Shown: one piece after another, positions 1 through 10,542 of the stretch
How positions within the stretch are numbered: the first letter of the stretch is position 1
Layout of the letters: every line of letters starts with the position of its first letter
Source of the DNA: Comamonas sp.
GTDB taxonomy: Bacteria; Pseudomonadota; Gammaproteobacteria; Burkholderiales; Burkholderiaceae_C
Reading direction: 5' to 3'
DNA length: 64,000 bases
NCBI GenBank assembly: GCA_021166775.1
Contig: JAJPEQ010000011.1
Location: 134,515-198,514 of the forward strand
Program-made: the position numbers and the translations under genes
Notes under the pieces: generated by a model
Database searches by the model: none
The model's input: only the letters and a program-made list of their open reading frames with translations
Told to the model about the DNA's origin: nothing

Positions 1-20
1 CACTTCGAAAGGACATTGCC

Positions 21-1469
21 ATGGCGCGCACGCATGTGCTCGCGGCCACGCCGCTGTGTGAACTCCTGGGTTGCCGCCATCCGCTGATTCTGGCCGGCAT
101 GGGCGGCGTGGCGCGTTCCGAGCTGGTGGCCGCCGTCAGCGCCTTCGGCGGTTTCGGCATTCTGGGCATGGTGCGCGAGCCCCTGGCGCTGATCGAGCGC
201 GAAGTGGCGCGGGTGCGCGCGCTCACCGATCGGCCCTTTGGCGTGAACCTGATTCCTTCGGGCACGGCGCACGCGCTGCTGCGCTCGCAGGTCGATCTGT
301 GCATTGCCCTGCGCGTGCCGGTGGTCGAGCTCTTCTGGGACATCGACGAGGATGTGATCGACCGATTGCGCGCGGCGGGCATCACCGTGGTGCACCAGGT
401 GGGCACGGTGCACGAAGCCCTGCACGCCCAGGCGGCCGGGGCGCACGCCATCATCGCCCAGGGCGTGGAGGCGGGCGGACATGTGCGCGGGCGCCAGCCT
501 TTGCTGCGGCTGCTGCCCGAGGTGCTCGGGTGCGTGGACGTGCCGGTGGCCGCCGCCGGCGGGCTGGCCGACGGTCGTGACGTGGGCCAGGTGCTGGCCA
601 TGGGCGCGCAGGCTGCTGTGCTGGGCACGGCGCTGATGATGACCACCGAATCCTTCGCGCATGAGGTGCACAAGCAGCGCCTCGTGCAGGCGGCATCGCG
701 CGACGTGCTGCTCACGGAAGACTTTCACATCAACTGGCCGCCGCTGGCGGCGGTGCATGTGCTGCCCAATGCCGTCACGCGCGGCGAGCGTGGCGACCCC
801 TTCACCAGTGAGCGGCAGGTGATCGGCGAGGAGGAGGGGCGGCCGATTTACTGCTTCAGCACCGATTCTCCGCTGCGATCGATGACGGGCGATCTTCAGG
901 CCATGGCGCTGTACGCGGGACTGGGTGTGGGCCGCATTGATGACATCGTGCCCGCGGCCGTGCGCCTGCAGCGGATCCTGCAGGCCGCGGCGGCGCATCT
1001 GCGGCTGGTGGCCGAGGCGCCTGGGGCGCTTGCGTCGCCCGTGTGCTACGCGGCCGAGGTGCAGCAGGGCGAGCAGGCGGCGCTCGCCGGCGAGGCGCGC
1101 GCCCTGCTGGTGCTGGAGCGCGCCGCGGCGCTGGGTGTTTTTGACGCCTGGCGCCATGCCGCGCAGGTGCAGCGGCGCCAGTGCCTGCAGCGTGTGCTCG
1201 ATGCCCAGGCCCGCGGCTGCGCGGTGCTGGTGCGCGCCCTGCGATCGGCCGACGCCGCGCTGCCCGAGGGTGGGCGGCATGAGGAGGCCTCGGCATCCGG
1301 CGGCGACGCGTCCATGGAGGCGCTGCAGCGCACGCGCGGCGACCTGGACGAACGGTGGGACGCGCTGCTGCCTCGGCTCGATGCCGCGCTGGCGGCCGAG
1401 GCGCGCCAGGCGCTCGAGGCCCGTGCCTCGGCCTGGGATGGACTGGCGCAGCATTTGCAGCGCGTCTGA
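21..1469 (+). CDS. Nitronate monooxygenase-family flavoprotein with an extra ~150-aa C-terminal helical domain
   Basis: LAGMGGVA start, QGVEAGGH and AAGGLADG motifs typical of NMO/2-nitropropane dioxygenase; C-terminal tail beyond about residue 330. Confidence 0.85.
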   Translation: MARTHVLAATPLCELLGCRHPLILAGMGGVARSELVAAVSAFGGFGILGMVREPLALIEREVARVRALTDRPFGVNLIPSGTAHALLRSQVDLCIALRVPVVELFWDIDEDVIDRLRAAGITVVHQVGTVHEALHAQAAGAHAIIAQGVEAGGHVRGRQPLLRLLPEVLGCVDVPVAAAGGLADGRDVGQVLAMGAQAAVLGTALMMTTESFAHEVHKQRLVQAASRDVLLTEDFHINWPPLAAVHVLPNAVTRGERGDPFTSERQVIGEEEGRPIYCFSTDSPLRSMTGDLQAMALYAGLGVGRIDDIVPAAVRLQRILQAAAAHLRLVAEAPGALASPVCYAAEVQQGEQAALAGEARALLVLERAAALGVFDAWRHAAQVQRRQCLQRVLDAQARGCAVLVRALRSADAALPEGGRHEEASASGGDASMEALQRTRGDLDERWDALLPRLDAALAAEARQALEARASAWDGLAQHLQRV

Positions 1470-1481
1470 GGGGTGGCCGTG

Positions 1482-2081
1482 ATGCCTTGGGCCGAATTCA
1501 CAGCCCTGTTCCTGCTGGCGACCGCGATGAGCTTCACGCCCGGCCCCAATACCTCGCTGGCGACGGCCATCGCGGCCAATCGGGGGCTCAAGCCCGCCAT
1601 GCGTTTCGTGCTTGCGGTGCCCGTGGGCTGGTGCCTGATGCTGGTGCTGTGCGCGGCGGGGCTGGGCGCGGCCGTGCTGGCCGTGCCGCCGCTGCGCTGG
1701 GGCATCAAGGCGCTGGGCATCGCCTACCTGTTCTGGCTGGCGTGGCGCCTGTCGCAATCGGCGCGCATGGCGCAGGCGGACGGCTCGCATCTCACGGTCG
1801 GCTTCTGGGAAGGCGTGGCGCTGCAGTTCGTGAACATCAAGGCGTGGCTGATGCTGCTGGCCATCGTCGCCAGCTGGATCATCGGGCGCGACGATGGCGT
1901 GCGGCGCATGGTGCTCGTCGTGCCGGTGATGGCGGGTTTCGCGTTCACCAGCAACTTCGCTTACGCGGCCGTGGGGGCGCTGTTGCGCGGCTGGCTCGCC
2001 CAGGGCGCCCGCCTGCTCTGGTTCAACCGCGCGATGGGACTGGTGCTGGCGTTCACGGCGCTGTGGATGATTGCCGCGTAG
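1482..2081 (+). CDS. LysE-family translocator
   Basis: SFTPGPNT motif, LQFVNIKAW motif, several hydrophobic helices. Confidence 0.85.
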   Translation: MPWAEFTALFLLATAMSFTPGPNTSLATAIAANRGLKPAMRFVLAVPVGWCLMLVLCAAGLGAAVLAVPPLRWGIKALGIAYLFWLAWRLSQSARMAQADGSHLTVGFWEGVALQFVNIKAWLMLLAIVASWIIGRDDGVRRMVLVVPVMAGFAFTSNFAYAAVGALLRGWLAQGARLLWFNRAMGLVLAFTALWMIAA

Positions 2082-2152
2082 GCGACAGTTGCGCCCTGGC
2101 GCGTCGCGGCCGGGACAAGGGCGCGTGGGGCACTTCGTGACAATCGCGCGCC

Positions 2153-2824
2153 ATGGGCACCCTCTATCTCGTGCGTCACGGCCAGGCTTCGTACGGCGCC
2201 GCCGACTATGACCAGCTCAGTCCCCGGGGCGCGCTGCAGGCGCAGCGCCTGGGGTCGTTCTGGCGCGCGCATGGGCAGCGTTTCGATGCGGTGCTCACCG
2301 GCACGCTGCGCCGCCATGCGCAGACGCTGCGGGAGATGGCGGGTGAGCTCGCCGAGATGCCCGAGGCGGTTCAGTTGCCCGCGTTCGATGAGTACGACGG
2401 CCTCGCGCTCGTTCGCGCCCTCGATCCTGCTTTCGCGGGGCAGGTGGACACGCCCGAGGGCTTTCGCGCGTATTTCCGGTTGTTGTGCGATGCGCTTGCG
2501 CAATGGATGGCCGGCACGATCAGCCCCCGGGGCATGCCCGACTGGCAGGATTTTTCAGGCGCGATCCGCGCCGCTCTGGATGAACTGCAGCGCACGCACC
2601 AGGGCCACCACGTGCTGGTGGTCTCCAGCGGCGGGCCAATCGCGACGGCGATCGCACAGGTGCTGGGCGTGACACCCGAGGTGGGCATCGCCCTGAACAT
2701 GCGGCTGCGCAACAGCTCGGTCTCGGAGCTGGACGTGGGCAAGCGCCGGCTGGCGCTGCAGACCTTCAACACGGTGGCGCATCTGGCGGCACCCGAGGAT
2801 GCGGGCCTGCTCACTCATGCCTGA
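2153..2824 (+). CDS. Histidine phosphatase family protein
   Basis: N-terminal LVRHGQ motif; VVSSGGPI; NSSVSEL. Confidence 0.9.
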   Translation: MGTLYLVRHGQASYGAADYDQLSPRGALQAQRLGSFWRAHGQRFDAVLTGTLRRHAQTLREMAGELAEMPEAVQLPAFDEYDGLALVRALDPAFAGQVDTPEGFRAYFRLLCDALAQWMAGTISPRGMPDWQDFSGAIRAALDELQRTHQGHHVLVVSSGGPIATAIAQVLGVTPEVGIALNMRLRNSSVSELDVGKRRLALQTFNTVAHLAAPEDAGLLTHA

Positions 2825-2902
2825 TACGGATTTGCCTTCAACCGCATAACGTTGTTGGTTCGCCTTGCCGTGCTGCAGCACTGTCTGCGGCTTCCCGCCT
2901 GG

Positions 2903-3739
2903 TTATCCGGCTGAATGCAAACCCGTAGGAGGCGAGGCGGGCTGCAACTGCTGCAGTTCGATGATCAGCCGCGCGAGCGCTTGGCCGGCCGCGGCCACGA
3001 GCCGGGCGCCCTTTTCCGCGCTGGCGGCCGTCGCGTCGCCGACGGCGCCGCTCGCGTTGTAGTCCTCGATCGCCCAGCCCAGCTTGGCGCTTTTGCCATT
3101 GCCCGCGATGGTGCAGCGCTCGGCCCGGCCCTGCGAACTCGAACGCCAGTGGCGGGCGTGCTCCATGCGCACGCTGGCGGGCGCCAGGTGCAGCATCATC
3201 GAGGTTTCAATGGCGCCGCCGTGAATGCCGAAACGGTGCTCTTCGGGGCTGAAAAGTGCCTGCACTTCGTCCGGCAGGGGCAGGTCGGACCAACTGCAGC
3301 GCCACACCTGCAGGCCGCAGCGCTGGCGCAGCGTGCGCGCCACGATGTCCATGGGCGCCACATTGCCGCCGTGGCTGTTGAGCAGCATCAGCGTGCGCAG
3401 CCCCGCGCGCGCCACCGCTTCGCCGAGCTCGCGCCAGAGCGCGAGCAAGGTCTCGGGTGAGAGGCTGAGGGTGCCGGCGAACGCCAGGTGCTCGGTCGAG
3501 AGGCCGATGTTCTGCGGCGGCAGCAGCAGCAGGGGCAACTCGTCGGGCAGCAGCGGCAGCGCCGCATCGATCACGCCCTGCAGCAGCCGCGCGTCCACGC
3601 CCAGCGGCAGGTGCGGGCCGTGCTGCTCCACCGCCGCCACCGGCAGGATGGCGAGGGTGCGCGCTGCCAGGCCGCTTGCGCGCGCCGCATCGAAGTCGCG
3701 GGTGCTCAGTTCCTGCCAGTGGCGTGAGGCGTAGGGCAT
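2903..3739 (-). CDS. Creatininase/creatinine amidohydrolase family protein
   Basis: EQHGPHLPLGVD, STEH, NSHGGN and HGGAIETS motifs; start placed at ATG 3739. Confidence 0.9.
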   Translation of the reverse strand: MPYASRHWQELSTRDFDAARASGLAARTLAILPVAAVEQHGPHLPLGVDARLLQGVIDAALPLLPDELPLLLLPPQNIGLSTEHLAFAGTLSLSPETLLALWRELGEAVARAGLRTLMLLNSHGGNVAPMDIVARTLRQRCGLQVWRCSWSDLPLPDEVQALFSPEEHRFGIHGGAIETSMMLHLAPASVRMEHARHWRSSSQGRAERCTIAGNGKSAKLGWAIEDYNASGAVGDATAASAEKGARLVAAAGQALARLIIELQQLQPASPPTGLHSAG

Positions 3740-3753
3740 GGCGTGATCGTGCT

Positions 3754-4248
3754 TCAGGAGCCGTGCGCGCCGCCGTGCATGGCAGCGCCGTGGCCGGCCC
3801 CTGCGGAGGCATTTTGCCGCACGGGCACGTCCACCGTCTGCGTGAGCGTCTTGCCGGTGGCGTCCTGCAGCTTGAGCTCGACCTGGATGGTGCTGCCAGC
3901 GGCGAGCGCCTGTTTCAGGTCCATCAGCATGATGTGGTTGCCGCCGGGGGTCAGGGCGACGCTCTGGTGCGCCGGCAGCGCCAGCGCCTTCATCGGGCGC
4001 ATGCGCATGGTGTCGCCTTCGAGCTTCATTTCGTGGATTTGCGCCACACCGGCGGCGGCGCTGGAGGCCCCCACGAGCTGCAGATCCTGCTGCGATTGCA
4101 GGGTCATGAAGGCCCCGGTGCCGACCTGGCCCGGCACGGTAGCGCGGGCCCAGGCGCCGCTCACCTGCAGCGGAGCATTCTGGGCAGAAACGCCCGTGGC
4201 CGCGCAGATCAGCGAGGCTGCAAAGAAATGGGTCAGGGAAAAACGCAT
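3754..4248 (-). CDS. Periplasmic copper chaperone PCu(A)C
   Basis: Signal peptide, AWARAT, HEM...MRM and PGGNHIML motifs, His-rich tail. Confidence 0.9.
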   Translation of the reverse strand: MRFSLTHFFAASLICAATGVSAQNAPLQVSGAWARATVPGQVGTGAFMTLQSQQDLQLVGASSAAAGVAQIHEMKLEGDTMRMRPMKALALPAHQSVALTPGGNHIMLMDLKQALAAGSTIQVELKLQDATGKTLTQTVDVPVRQNASAGAGHGAAMHGGAHGS

Positions 4249-4336
4249 GATGAAAATTCCGAAATCCTGTTGAACGAGACACGCGCCGCGGGCCTGGCCG
4301 ACGCGGCGTGCGGGTAGGGCTTTGATCGTGAAGATT

Positions 4337-4702
4337 TCAGAGCAGCGGAGGACCACGCACCGGCGGCGCGCGGCCTTCGTGCCCGGCAGCGCGCACCAGC
4401 ATCGTCCACCGGGGAAGGCCGGAAGGTGCGGGCTGCGCCGCGGGCAGTGCGTGGCAGGCCGACGGCGGCGGCGCGGTCGGCACGCACAGCGGGCAGTCGA
4501 GATGGGAAGGGGCCGAGGGTCCTGCGCTGCCCGCGCCGGCAGACACGGCGGCGATGCCCGCGCTGGTGCAGACATCCTGCAGCGTGCCCGAATGGGCCAC
4601 GGGCGCCGCCACGGCCGCTGCGATCGTGAGCGTGAACCACGCGAGCAGCGCGCGACCGGGCAGGCGGGTCGCGCAGCGGCGAAGGCGGGCGAAGAGCGGC
4701 AT
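4337..4702 (-). CDS. DUF2946-like protein
   Basis: VCTSAG, HLDCPLC and C-terminal RGPP motifs; directly upstream of PCuAC. Confidence 0.7.
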   Translation of the reverse strand: MPLFARLRRCATRLPGRALLAWFTLTIAAAVAAPVAHSGTLQDVCTSAGIAAVSAGAGSAGPSAPSHLDCPLCVPTAPPPSACHALPAAQPAPSGLPRWTMLVRAAGHEGRAPPVRGPPLL

Positions 4703-4819
4703 GGCGTGGGGTGACCATGATAACGGCATGGGTGGCCGTCCCGAGAGGCCCTACCATTGCCCTTCGCCGCCTCGGGCGTGCCCGGAACCAAAGCCGGGGC
4801 CGCCCCTCCAAGTAACGCC

Positions 4820-7000
4820 ATGTTTTTCCGATTCCGACAGCACCTCCATCGTCTCCTGTTTTTGATAGCCGCCAGCGCAATGTGTACGGGCGCTGCGGCA
4901 CAATTTCATCTAAAGACGTCGACCGCTCCCGCGGGCGCCAGCGTGGTGACGACGGAGCGCGTGCGTGCCGAGCTCGTCGCTCAGGCGCCCGAGGGTGTGG
5001 CCGCGGGCAAGCCGCTCACGCTCGGTCTGTTGCTCACGCATCAGCCGGGCTGGCACACCTACTGGCTCAATCCCGGCGATTCCGGCCTGCCGACGCAGTT
5101 GCAGTGGACCTTGCCGCAGGGCGTGGATGCGGGTGAGATCGCGTGGCCCGTGCCGCGCAAGATCCCGATCGGCACGCTGGCCAATTACGGCTACGAAGGC
5201 CAAGTCCTGTTGCCCGTGCCCATGACGGTGTCGCGCCTGTTTGCGCCTGCGTCGGGTGACACGCAGGCGACTTTTGAGCTGCATGCCTCCTGGCTGATCT
5301 GCCGCATGGAGTGCGTGCCCGAGGAAGGCACGTTCACCCTGCAGGTGCCGCTGGACGGCACGACCGCGCTGAACGCGGCGGCATTCGCGGCGGCCGAGCG
5401 GGCGCATCCCCGCGAGCTGCCCGCGACGGACAGCAGCGCGCACGTCGATGGCGAGACGCTGACGCTGCAGGTGCATGGGCTGCCCGCCTCGTGGCAGGGG
5501 CGCAGGCTCGACGTTTTTCCGGAAACCCCCGAGGTGGTGCACAACGCCCGCGAACCGACGCAGCGCTGGGAGGGCGCGGTCTGGAAGGCGAGCGTGCCGC
5601 TCTCGCCCGACCGCGCGGCCAGCCCCGAGGTGATGCCGGTGGTGCTGGCCCTGGGCGGCGCGGGTGAACGCGTCAGCCTGCCGGTGACCGGTGAGTGGCC
5701 GCCGCTGCAGGAGCTGCCGGTGCTGTTCGGCGGGCCGCAGGCCGCGGCGAGCCCGCCATCGGCCGCACCCGTGGCCGCGACGACGGCGGCGCCCATGGGG
5801 GTGTGGCTGTTGGCCCTGGGCGGCGCCTTGCTCGGCGGCATGCTGCTCAATCTCATGCCGTGCGTGTTCCCCATCCTCGCGGTCAAGGTCGTGGGGTTTG
5901 CACGCCACGGTGGCCAGCGGCGGGCGCAGCGCATCGGCGGGCTGGCCTACACGGCGGGGGTGGTGCTGTCGTTCGTGGCGCTCGGCGCCCTGATGCTGGC
6001 GCTGCGCGCGGCCGGCCAGGCCGTGGGCTGGGGCTTTCAGCTGCAGTCGCCGCTGGTGGTGGCGCTGCTGGCGACGCTGTTCACGCTGATCGGGCTGAAC
6101 CTGGCCGGCCTGTTCGAGGTGGGCATGCTGCTGCCTTCGCGCTGGCTGGCGGCGCAGGCGCGCCGACCGGTCACCGACGCTTTTCTCACGGGCATGCTCA
6201 CCGTCGCGGTGGCCTCGCCCTGCACCGCGCCCTTCATGGGCGCATCGCTCGGGCTCACGCTGTCCCTGCCGGGTTGGCAGGCACTGGGCATCTTCGCGGT
6301 GCTGGGCCTGGGGCTGGCCGCGCCCTATCTGCTCGCAAGCTGGTGGCCCGCCGTGGCGGGCCTGCTGCCCCGGCCGGGCGCGTGGATGCAGACGCTCAGG
6401 CATCTGCTGGCCTTCCCCATGTTCGCCACCGTCGTCTGGCTCGTCTGGGTGCTGGGCCAGCAAAGCGGCATCGATGGGGCGGCGGCCTTGCTGGCGCTGC
6501 TGGTGGTGCTCGCGTTCGCGGTCTGGAGCCTGGGTCTGCGCGGGCGCACGCGCCAGGTGATTGCTCCTCTATCCATAGCTGTTGGCGCATGGCTGTTGTT
6601 TGCTTGGGGGCCAAAAGTCATTGAATTTCATGAACCGGTGCTGGCGCAGGCGCGTCAGGCCGGGGGCTGGCAGCCCTGGCGGGCGGATTTGCCGGATCGA
6701 CTGCTGGCCCAGGGGCAGCCGGTCTTTGTCGATTACACGGCGGCATGGTGCGTGACCTGCCAGTACAACAAAAAGACCACCCTCGCGGATGCCGGTGTCC
6801 GGCAGGACTTCGCGGCCAAGAACATCGCGCTGCTGGTGGCCGACTGGACGCGCCAGGACCCGGCGATCACCGCCTCGCTGGCGTCGCTGGGGCGCAGCGG
6901 CGTGCCGCTGTACGTGCTCTATGCCCCGGGCAGCAAGCCCGTGATCTTCAGTGAAATCCTGGGCGTGCGCGAGCTGCGCGAGGCGCTCGCGCGCCTGTGA
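4820..7000 (+). CDS. dsbD: DsbD-family thiol:disulfide interchange protein
   Basis: GWHTYW N-terminal domain, LNLMPCVFP and ASPCTAPF transmembrane Cys motifs, C-terminal thioredoxin WCVTC. Confidence 0.85.
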   Translation: MFFRFRQHLHRLLFLIAASAMCTGAAAQFHLKTSTAPAGASVVTTERVRAELVAQAPEGVAAGKPLTLGLLLTHQPGWHTYWLNPGDSGLPTQLQWTLPQGVDAGEIAWPVPRKIPIGTLANYGYEGQVLLPVPMTVSRLFAPASGDTQATFELHASWLICRMECVPEEGTFTLQVPLDGTTALNAAAFAAAERAHPRELPATDSSAHVDGETLTLQVHGLPASWQGRRLDVFPETPEVVHNAREPTQRWEGAVWKASVPLSPDRAASPEVMPVVLALGGAGERVSLPVTGEWPPLQELPVLFGGPQAAASPPSAAPVAATTAAPMGVWLLALGGALLGGMLLNLMPCVFPILAVKVVGFARHGGQRRAQRIGGLAYTAGVVLSFVALGALMLALRAAGQAVGWGFQLQSPLVVALLATLFTLIGLNLAGLFEVGMLLPSRWLAAQARRPVTDAFLTGMLTVAVASPCTAPFMGASLGLTLSLPGWQALGIFAVLGLGLAAPYLLASWWPAVAGLLPRPGAWMQTLRHLLAFPMFATVVWLVWVLGQQSGIDGAAALLALLVVLAFAVWSLGLRGRTRQVIAPLSIAVGAWLLFAWGPKVIEFHEPVLAQARQAGGWQPWRADLPDRLLAQGQPVFVDYTAAWCVTCQYNKKTTLADAGVRQDFAAKNIALLVADWTRQDPAITASLASLGRSGVPLYVLYAPGSKPVIFSEILGVRELREALARL

Positions 7001-7006
7001 TGGCGA

Positions 7007-7936
7007 TCAATCGTCCGCCTGGCCTCGCAGCGCGAGGGCCTGCTGGTAGAGCGCGTTGCGGCTGGCGCCGGTGAGGCTGGCGGCGATGCGCACCGCGCTC
7101 TTGACGGGCAGCTCGGGCAGCAGCAGGCGCAGCGCCTGCTCCCCCGCCTGGTCGGTCTGCGGCGGCAGGTGGACGGCCTGCGGATGCAGCACGATGGCGA
7201 ATTCACCGCGGCCGCGCTGCGGCTTGGCATCGAGCCAGGCGCGGCAGTCCCTTGCGGGCAGGGTGGCCACTTCTTCGAACTGCTTGGTCAGCTCGCGCGC
7301 CAGTGTCACGCGGCGCTCGCCGAGGGTGGCCAGTTCGTCAGCCAGTTGCGCGATGCGGTGCGGCGCCTCCAGCAGCACGACGGCGCGCGGTTCGCGTGTG
7401 AGCTGCTGCAGCGCCGTCTTGCGCTCGCCCGGGCGCGTGGGCACAAAGCCGAAAAACACGAAGCCCTGAGCCTCATCGGCGGGCGCCACCGCGCCGGCCA
7501 CGCTCAGGCTGGCCGTCACGCTGCTGGCGCCGGGCAGGGGAATGCAGCGTGCGCCCGCGGCCTGCGCGGCCGCGACGAGGCGGGCGCCGGGGTCGCTCAC
7601 CGCCGGTGTGCCGGCATCGCTCATGTAGGCCACGCGCCGCCCGTCGGCCAGATGCGCCAGCACCGTCTGCGCTGCCTCGGCCTCGTTGTGCTGGTGCAGC
7701 GCCAGCCACTGGTCAGAGCGTTTGTCGATGCCGTAGGCGCGCAGCAGCTGCTGTGAGTGGCGCGTGTCCTCGCAGGCGAGCAGGTCGGCGAGCTCCAGCA
7801 CGTGCAGCGCGCGCAGCGTGATGTCGGCGAGATTGCCGATCGGCGTGGCGACGACGTACAGCGCTCCCTCGGGATAATCCTGGGCGGCGGCCGCGTCGCG
7901 TGCGGCGGTGAGGGCGGATGCGTAGGAGGCGCTCAA
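7007..7936 (-). CDS. rsmI: 16S rRNA (cytidine1402-2'-O)-methyltransferase
   Basis: [43 protein letters not shown]; start codon (TTG 7936) uncertain. Confidence 0.95.
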   Translation of the reverse strand: MSASYASALTAARDAAAAQDYPEGALYVVATPIGNLADITLRALHVLELADLLACEDTRHSQQLLRAYGIDKRSDQWLALHQHNEAEAAQTVLAHLADGRRVAYMSDAGTPAVSDPGARLVAAAQAAGARCIPLPGASSVTASLSVAGAVAPADEAQGFVFFGFVPTRPGERKTALQQLTREPRAVVLLEAPHRIAQLADELATLGERRVTLARELTKQFEEVATLPARDCRAWLDAKPQRGRGEFAIVLHPQAVHLPPQTDQAGEQALRLLLPELPVKSAVRIAASLTGASRNALYQQALALRGQADD

Positions 7937-7971
7937 TGGGAATCCTTGGCGGTAAAAGCGCAGGCGGGCCG

Positions 7972-8331
7972 ATGGCCACCACGCGTGTGCGCGGCCAGCA
8001 GGCGGAAGACGCGGCGCTCGCGCACCTGCGCAGCGCGGGCCTGGCACTGGTGCAGCGCAATTATCGAACGCCCGGGCGCGGCGGCGGCGAGATCGACCTC
8101 ATCATGCGCGAGCGAGGCGGCACGCTGGTGTTCGTCGAGGTGCGCAGCCGCGCCGGCGCAGGCTTTGGCGGCGCCGCAGGCAGCGTGGGAGCGGTCAAGC
8201 AGCGGCGCATCATCTTTGCCGCGCGCCACTATCTGATGCGCTGGCCTTCGCCGCCGCCATGTCGCTTCGATGTGGTGACGCTCGGCCCCGAGGGTCTGCA
8301 GTGGCTGCGCGCCGCCTTCGATGCCGGGTGA
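7972..8331 (+). CDS. yraN: YraN-family predicted endonuclease
   Basis: [22 protein letters not shown]; divergent from rsmI as usual; alternative start at 7936. Confidence 0.9.
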   Translation: MATTRVRGQQAEDAALAHLRSAGLALVQRNYRTPGRGGGEIDLIMRERGGTLVFVEVRSRAGAGFGGAAGSVGAVKQRRIIFAARHYLMRWPSPPPCRFDVVTLGPEGLQWLRAAFDAG

Positions 8332-8341
8332 CGCGCGCGCG

Positions 8342-8653
8342 TCAGACCTGCATGTTCATGATGTCGGTGTACGCCTGCACCAGGCGGTTTCTGACCTGCA
8401 GCGTGGCCTGAAAGCTCACCTGTGCCTTCTGGATCGCCACCATGGTCTCTTCGAGACTGACCTTGGGGTTGTCCAGCTGCACCTGTTTTTGCAGTTCGTC
8501 CGCCTGGTTCTGCGCCTTGCTCACGGCGTTCAAGGCACCCTTGAGGGCACCTGAAAAACCCGCTTCCTGCGTGCCGCCCTGGGGAGTGGCCGTGCGCCGC
8601 GCCGCCAGCGCGCTGGCAAACGGCAGTGGGGTGCTGGAGATGCGCAGATCCAT
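8342..8653 (-). CDS. fliE: Flagellar hook-basal body protein FliE
   Basis: QVRNRLVQAYTDIMNMQV C-terminus. Confidence 0.95.
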   Translation of the reverse strand: MDLRISSTPLPFASALAARRTATPQGGTQEAGFSGALKGALNAVSKAQNQADELQKQVQLDNPKVSLEETMVAIQKAQVSFQATLQVRNRLVQAYTDIMNMQV

Positions 8654-8710
8654 GGCGTCGGCTCGGGTGGGAAGGTGCGGTGATCGTAAGTCGGGAGCCG
8701 GCCTTCGGAC

Positions 8711-8774
8711 GGGCGAATAAACGGCCAAACCGGCGCCTTATTGCCCGAACGTCACGGGGGGTGGCGTGAATAAT
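8711..8774 (+). promoter_or_regulatory. Putative class II (FlhDC-type) flagellar promoter upstream of fliF
   Basis: Imperfect inverted repeat GGGCGAATAA..TTATTGCCC followed by AATAAT; same TAA-N18-TATT-N26/28-AATAAT layout as upstream of fliL. Confidence 0.55.
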
Positions 8775-8827
8775 CATTGCACCGCCCGTGTCTGCATGAG
8801 GCGCAAGTACCTCCCGGAAATACCACG

Positions 8828-10516
8828 ATGCCCACTGCCGCTGTTGCTGAAATGCCCGTTGCCCCGCCGGTTGCGACACCAGGATGGCTGCAGCGCTTTT
8901 CATCGCTCGACCGCGCGGCGCGCATCCGGCTCGGGATCGGCCTGGCCCTGTTCGCCCTCATGGTGGCGGCCGCCGCCTGGTTTGCCGGCCGGCCAGACTA
9001 CCGCGTGCTGTTCGCCAACCTGAGCGACAAGGACGGCGGTGCCGTCGTGGCGCAGCTGGCGCAGATGAACGTGCCCTACAAGTACACCGAGGGTGGCGGT
9101 GCCATCATGGTGCCCGCCGATCGCATCTACGACGTGCGCCTGCGCCTGGCTTCGCAGGGCCTGCCCAAGGGGTCGGTCGCCGGGTTTGAAACCACCGAGG
9201 CCAGCCGCTTCGGCGTGACGCAGTTCCAGGAGCGACTCAATTTCCAGCGTGGCCTGGAGGGTGAGCTCACGCGCTCCATCCAGTCGCTGGAGCCGGTGCA
9301 AAGTGCCCGCGTGCACCTGGCGCTGCCCAATCAGAATGGCTTCTTTCGCGAGCAGCAAAAGCCCTCGGCCTCGGTGCTCGTGAGCCTGTACCCGGGGCGC
9401 TTCCTGGACCGCACGCAGCTGGCGGGCATCGTGCATCTGGTGGCGTCGAGCGTGCCGGACATGGCGCCGTCGGCCGTGAGCGTGCTTGACGAGACGGGCA
9501 AGCTCCTGTCGCAGACGCCTGACGCCGTGGGCGGTGCTCCCTCGGGCGAGCAACTGGCCTACGCGCAGAAGATCGAGCAGCAATACGCCAGGCGCATCGT
9601 CGACATCCTGGAGCCCATCGTGGGGCGCGACAACGTCAAGGCGACGGTGACGGCCGACATCGATTTCAACCAGACCGAATCCACGACCGAGCAGCACCGC
9701 CCGAATCTGGCCGCGGATGTGAGCGCCGTGCGCAGCCAGCAGCTGATCGAGAGCGCGGCCAAGCCGGGCGACAAGCTCCCCGCGGGCATTCCCGGCGCCG
9801 TGAGCAATCAGCCGCCGCAAAACAACAATGCGCCGGTCAACGGCGCGAATCCCGCGCCCGACGCGGGCGGCCAGGGCGCGGCCGGGGGCGGCAGCGTCGG
9901 CCGACGCGAGCTCACCACCAACTACGAGGTGGACAAGACCACCAGCGTCACGCGCGCGGCGCAGGGCATGGTCAGGCGCGTGAACGCGGCCGTGGTCGTC
10001 AACTACCAGTCGGTGCCCGAGGGCGCGGGCAAGTCGCTCGTGGCCAAGCCCCTGTCGCCCGAACAGATCGAGCAGATGACCGCCCTGGTGCGCGAAGCCG
10101 TCGGCTACAACAAGGAGCGCGGCGACTCGGTGAACCTGATGAACGCCCCCTTCAGGAGCGAGGCGGTTGCGCAGGCCGAGCTTCCACTGTACAAGCAGCC
10201 CGAGGTGCTGGAGCTGGCGCGCAGCCTGGGCATGCCCATCGGCCTGTCGCTCGCCGCCGTGCTGCTGCTCATGGGCGTGGTGCGGCCCGTGCTCAAGGCG
10301 GGCAGGCTGCCTGCCAGGGCGGTGGCGACGCCGCTGCGCAAGGTCGATGCCCTGGCGGCCGAGCACATCGAGCGCCCGGCGCTGCCGGCGCCCGTGAAGG
10401 CGGAGGATCAGGCGCCGAGCGAAGAGCAGTTGCGCCTGGAGGAGGCGCGTTCGCTGGCCAAGGAGAATCCGGTGGCCGTGGCCAATATCGTGAAAACCTG
10501 GGTCAACGGCGACTGA
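8828..10516 (+). CDS. fliF: Flagellar MS-ring protein FliF
   Basis: DYRVLFANL, FQRGLEGELTRSI, ARVHLALP motifs. Confidence 0.97.
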   Translation: MPTAAVAEMPVAPPVATPGWLQRFSSLDRAARIRLGIGLALFALMVAAAAWFAGRPDYRVLFANLSDKDGGAVVAQLAQMNVPYKYTEGGGAIMVPADRIYDVRLRLASQGLPKGSVAGFETTEASRFGVTQFQERLNFQRGLEGELTRSIQSLEPVQSARVHLALPNQNGFFREQQKPSASVLVSLYPGRFLDRTQLAGIVHLVASSVPDMAPSAVSVLDETGKLLSQTPDAVGGAPSGEQLAYAQKIEQQYARRIVDILEPIVGRDNVKATVTADIDFNQTESTTEQHRPNLAADVSAVRSQQLIESAAKPGDKLPAGIPGAVSNQPPQNNNAPVNGANPAPDAGGQGAAGGGSVGRRELTTNYEVDKTTSVTRAAQGMVRRVNAAVVVNYQSVPEGAGKSLVAKPLSPEQIEQMTALVREAVGYNKERGDSVNLMNAPFRSEAVAQAELPLYKQPEVLELARSLGMPIGLSLAAVLLLMGVVRPVLKAGRLPARAVATPLRKVDALAAEHIERPALPAPVKAEDQAPSEEQLRLEEARSLAKENPVAVANIVKTWVNGD

Positions 10517-10542
10517 CGTTGCACGGGAGGAAGTAGAACACC

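Noticed and set aside
7934-7938. rsmI and yraN starts overlapping head to head
   Set aside because: Conserved divergent pair, and both start codons are uncertain
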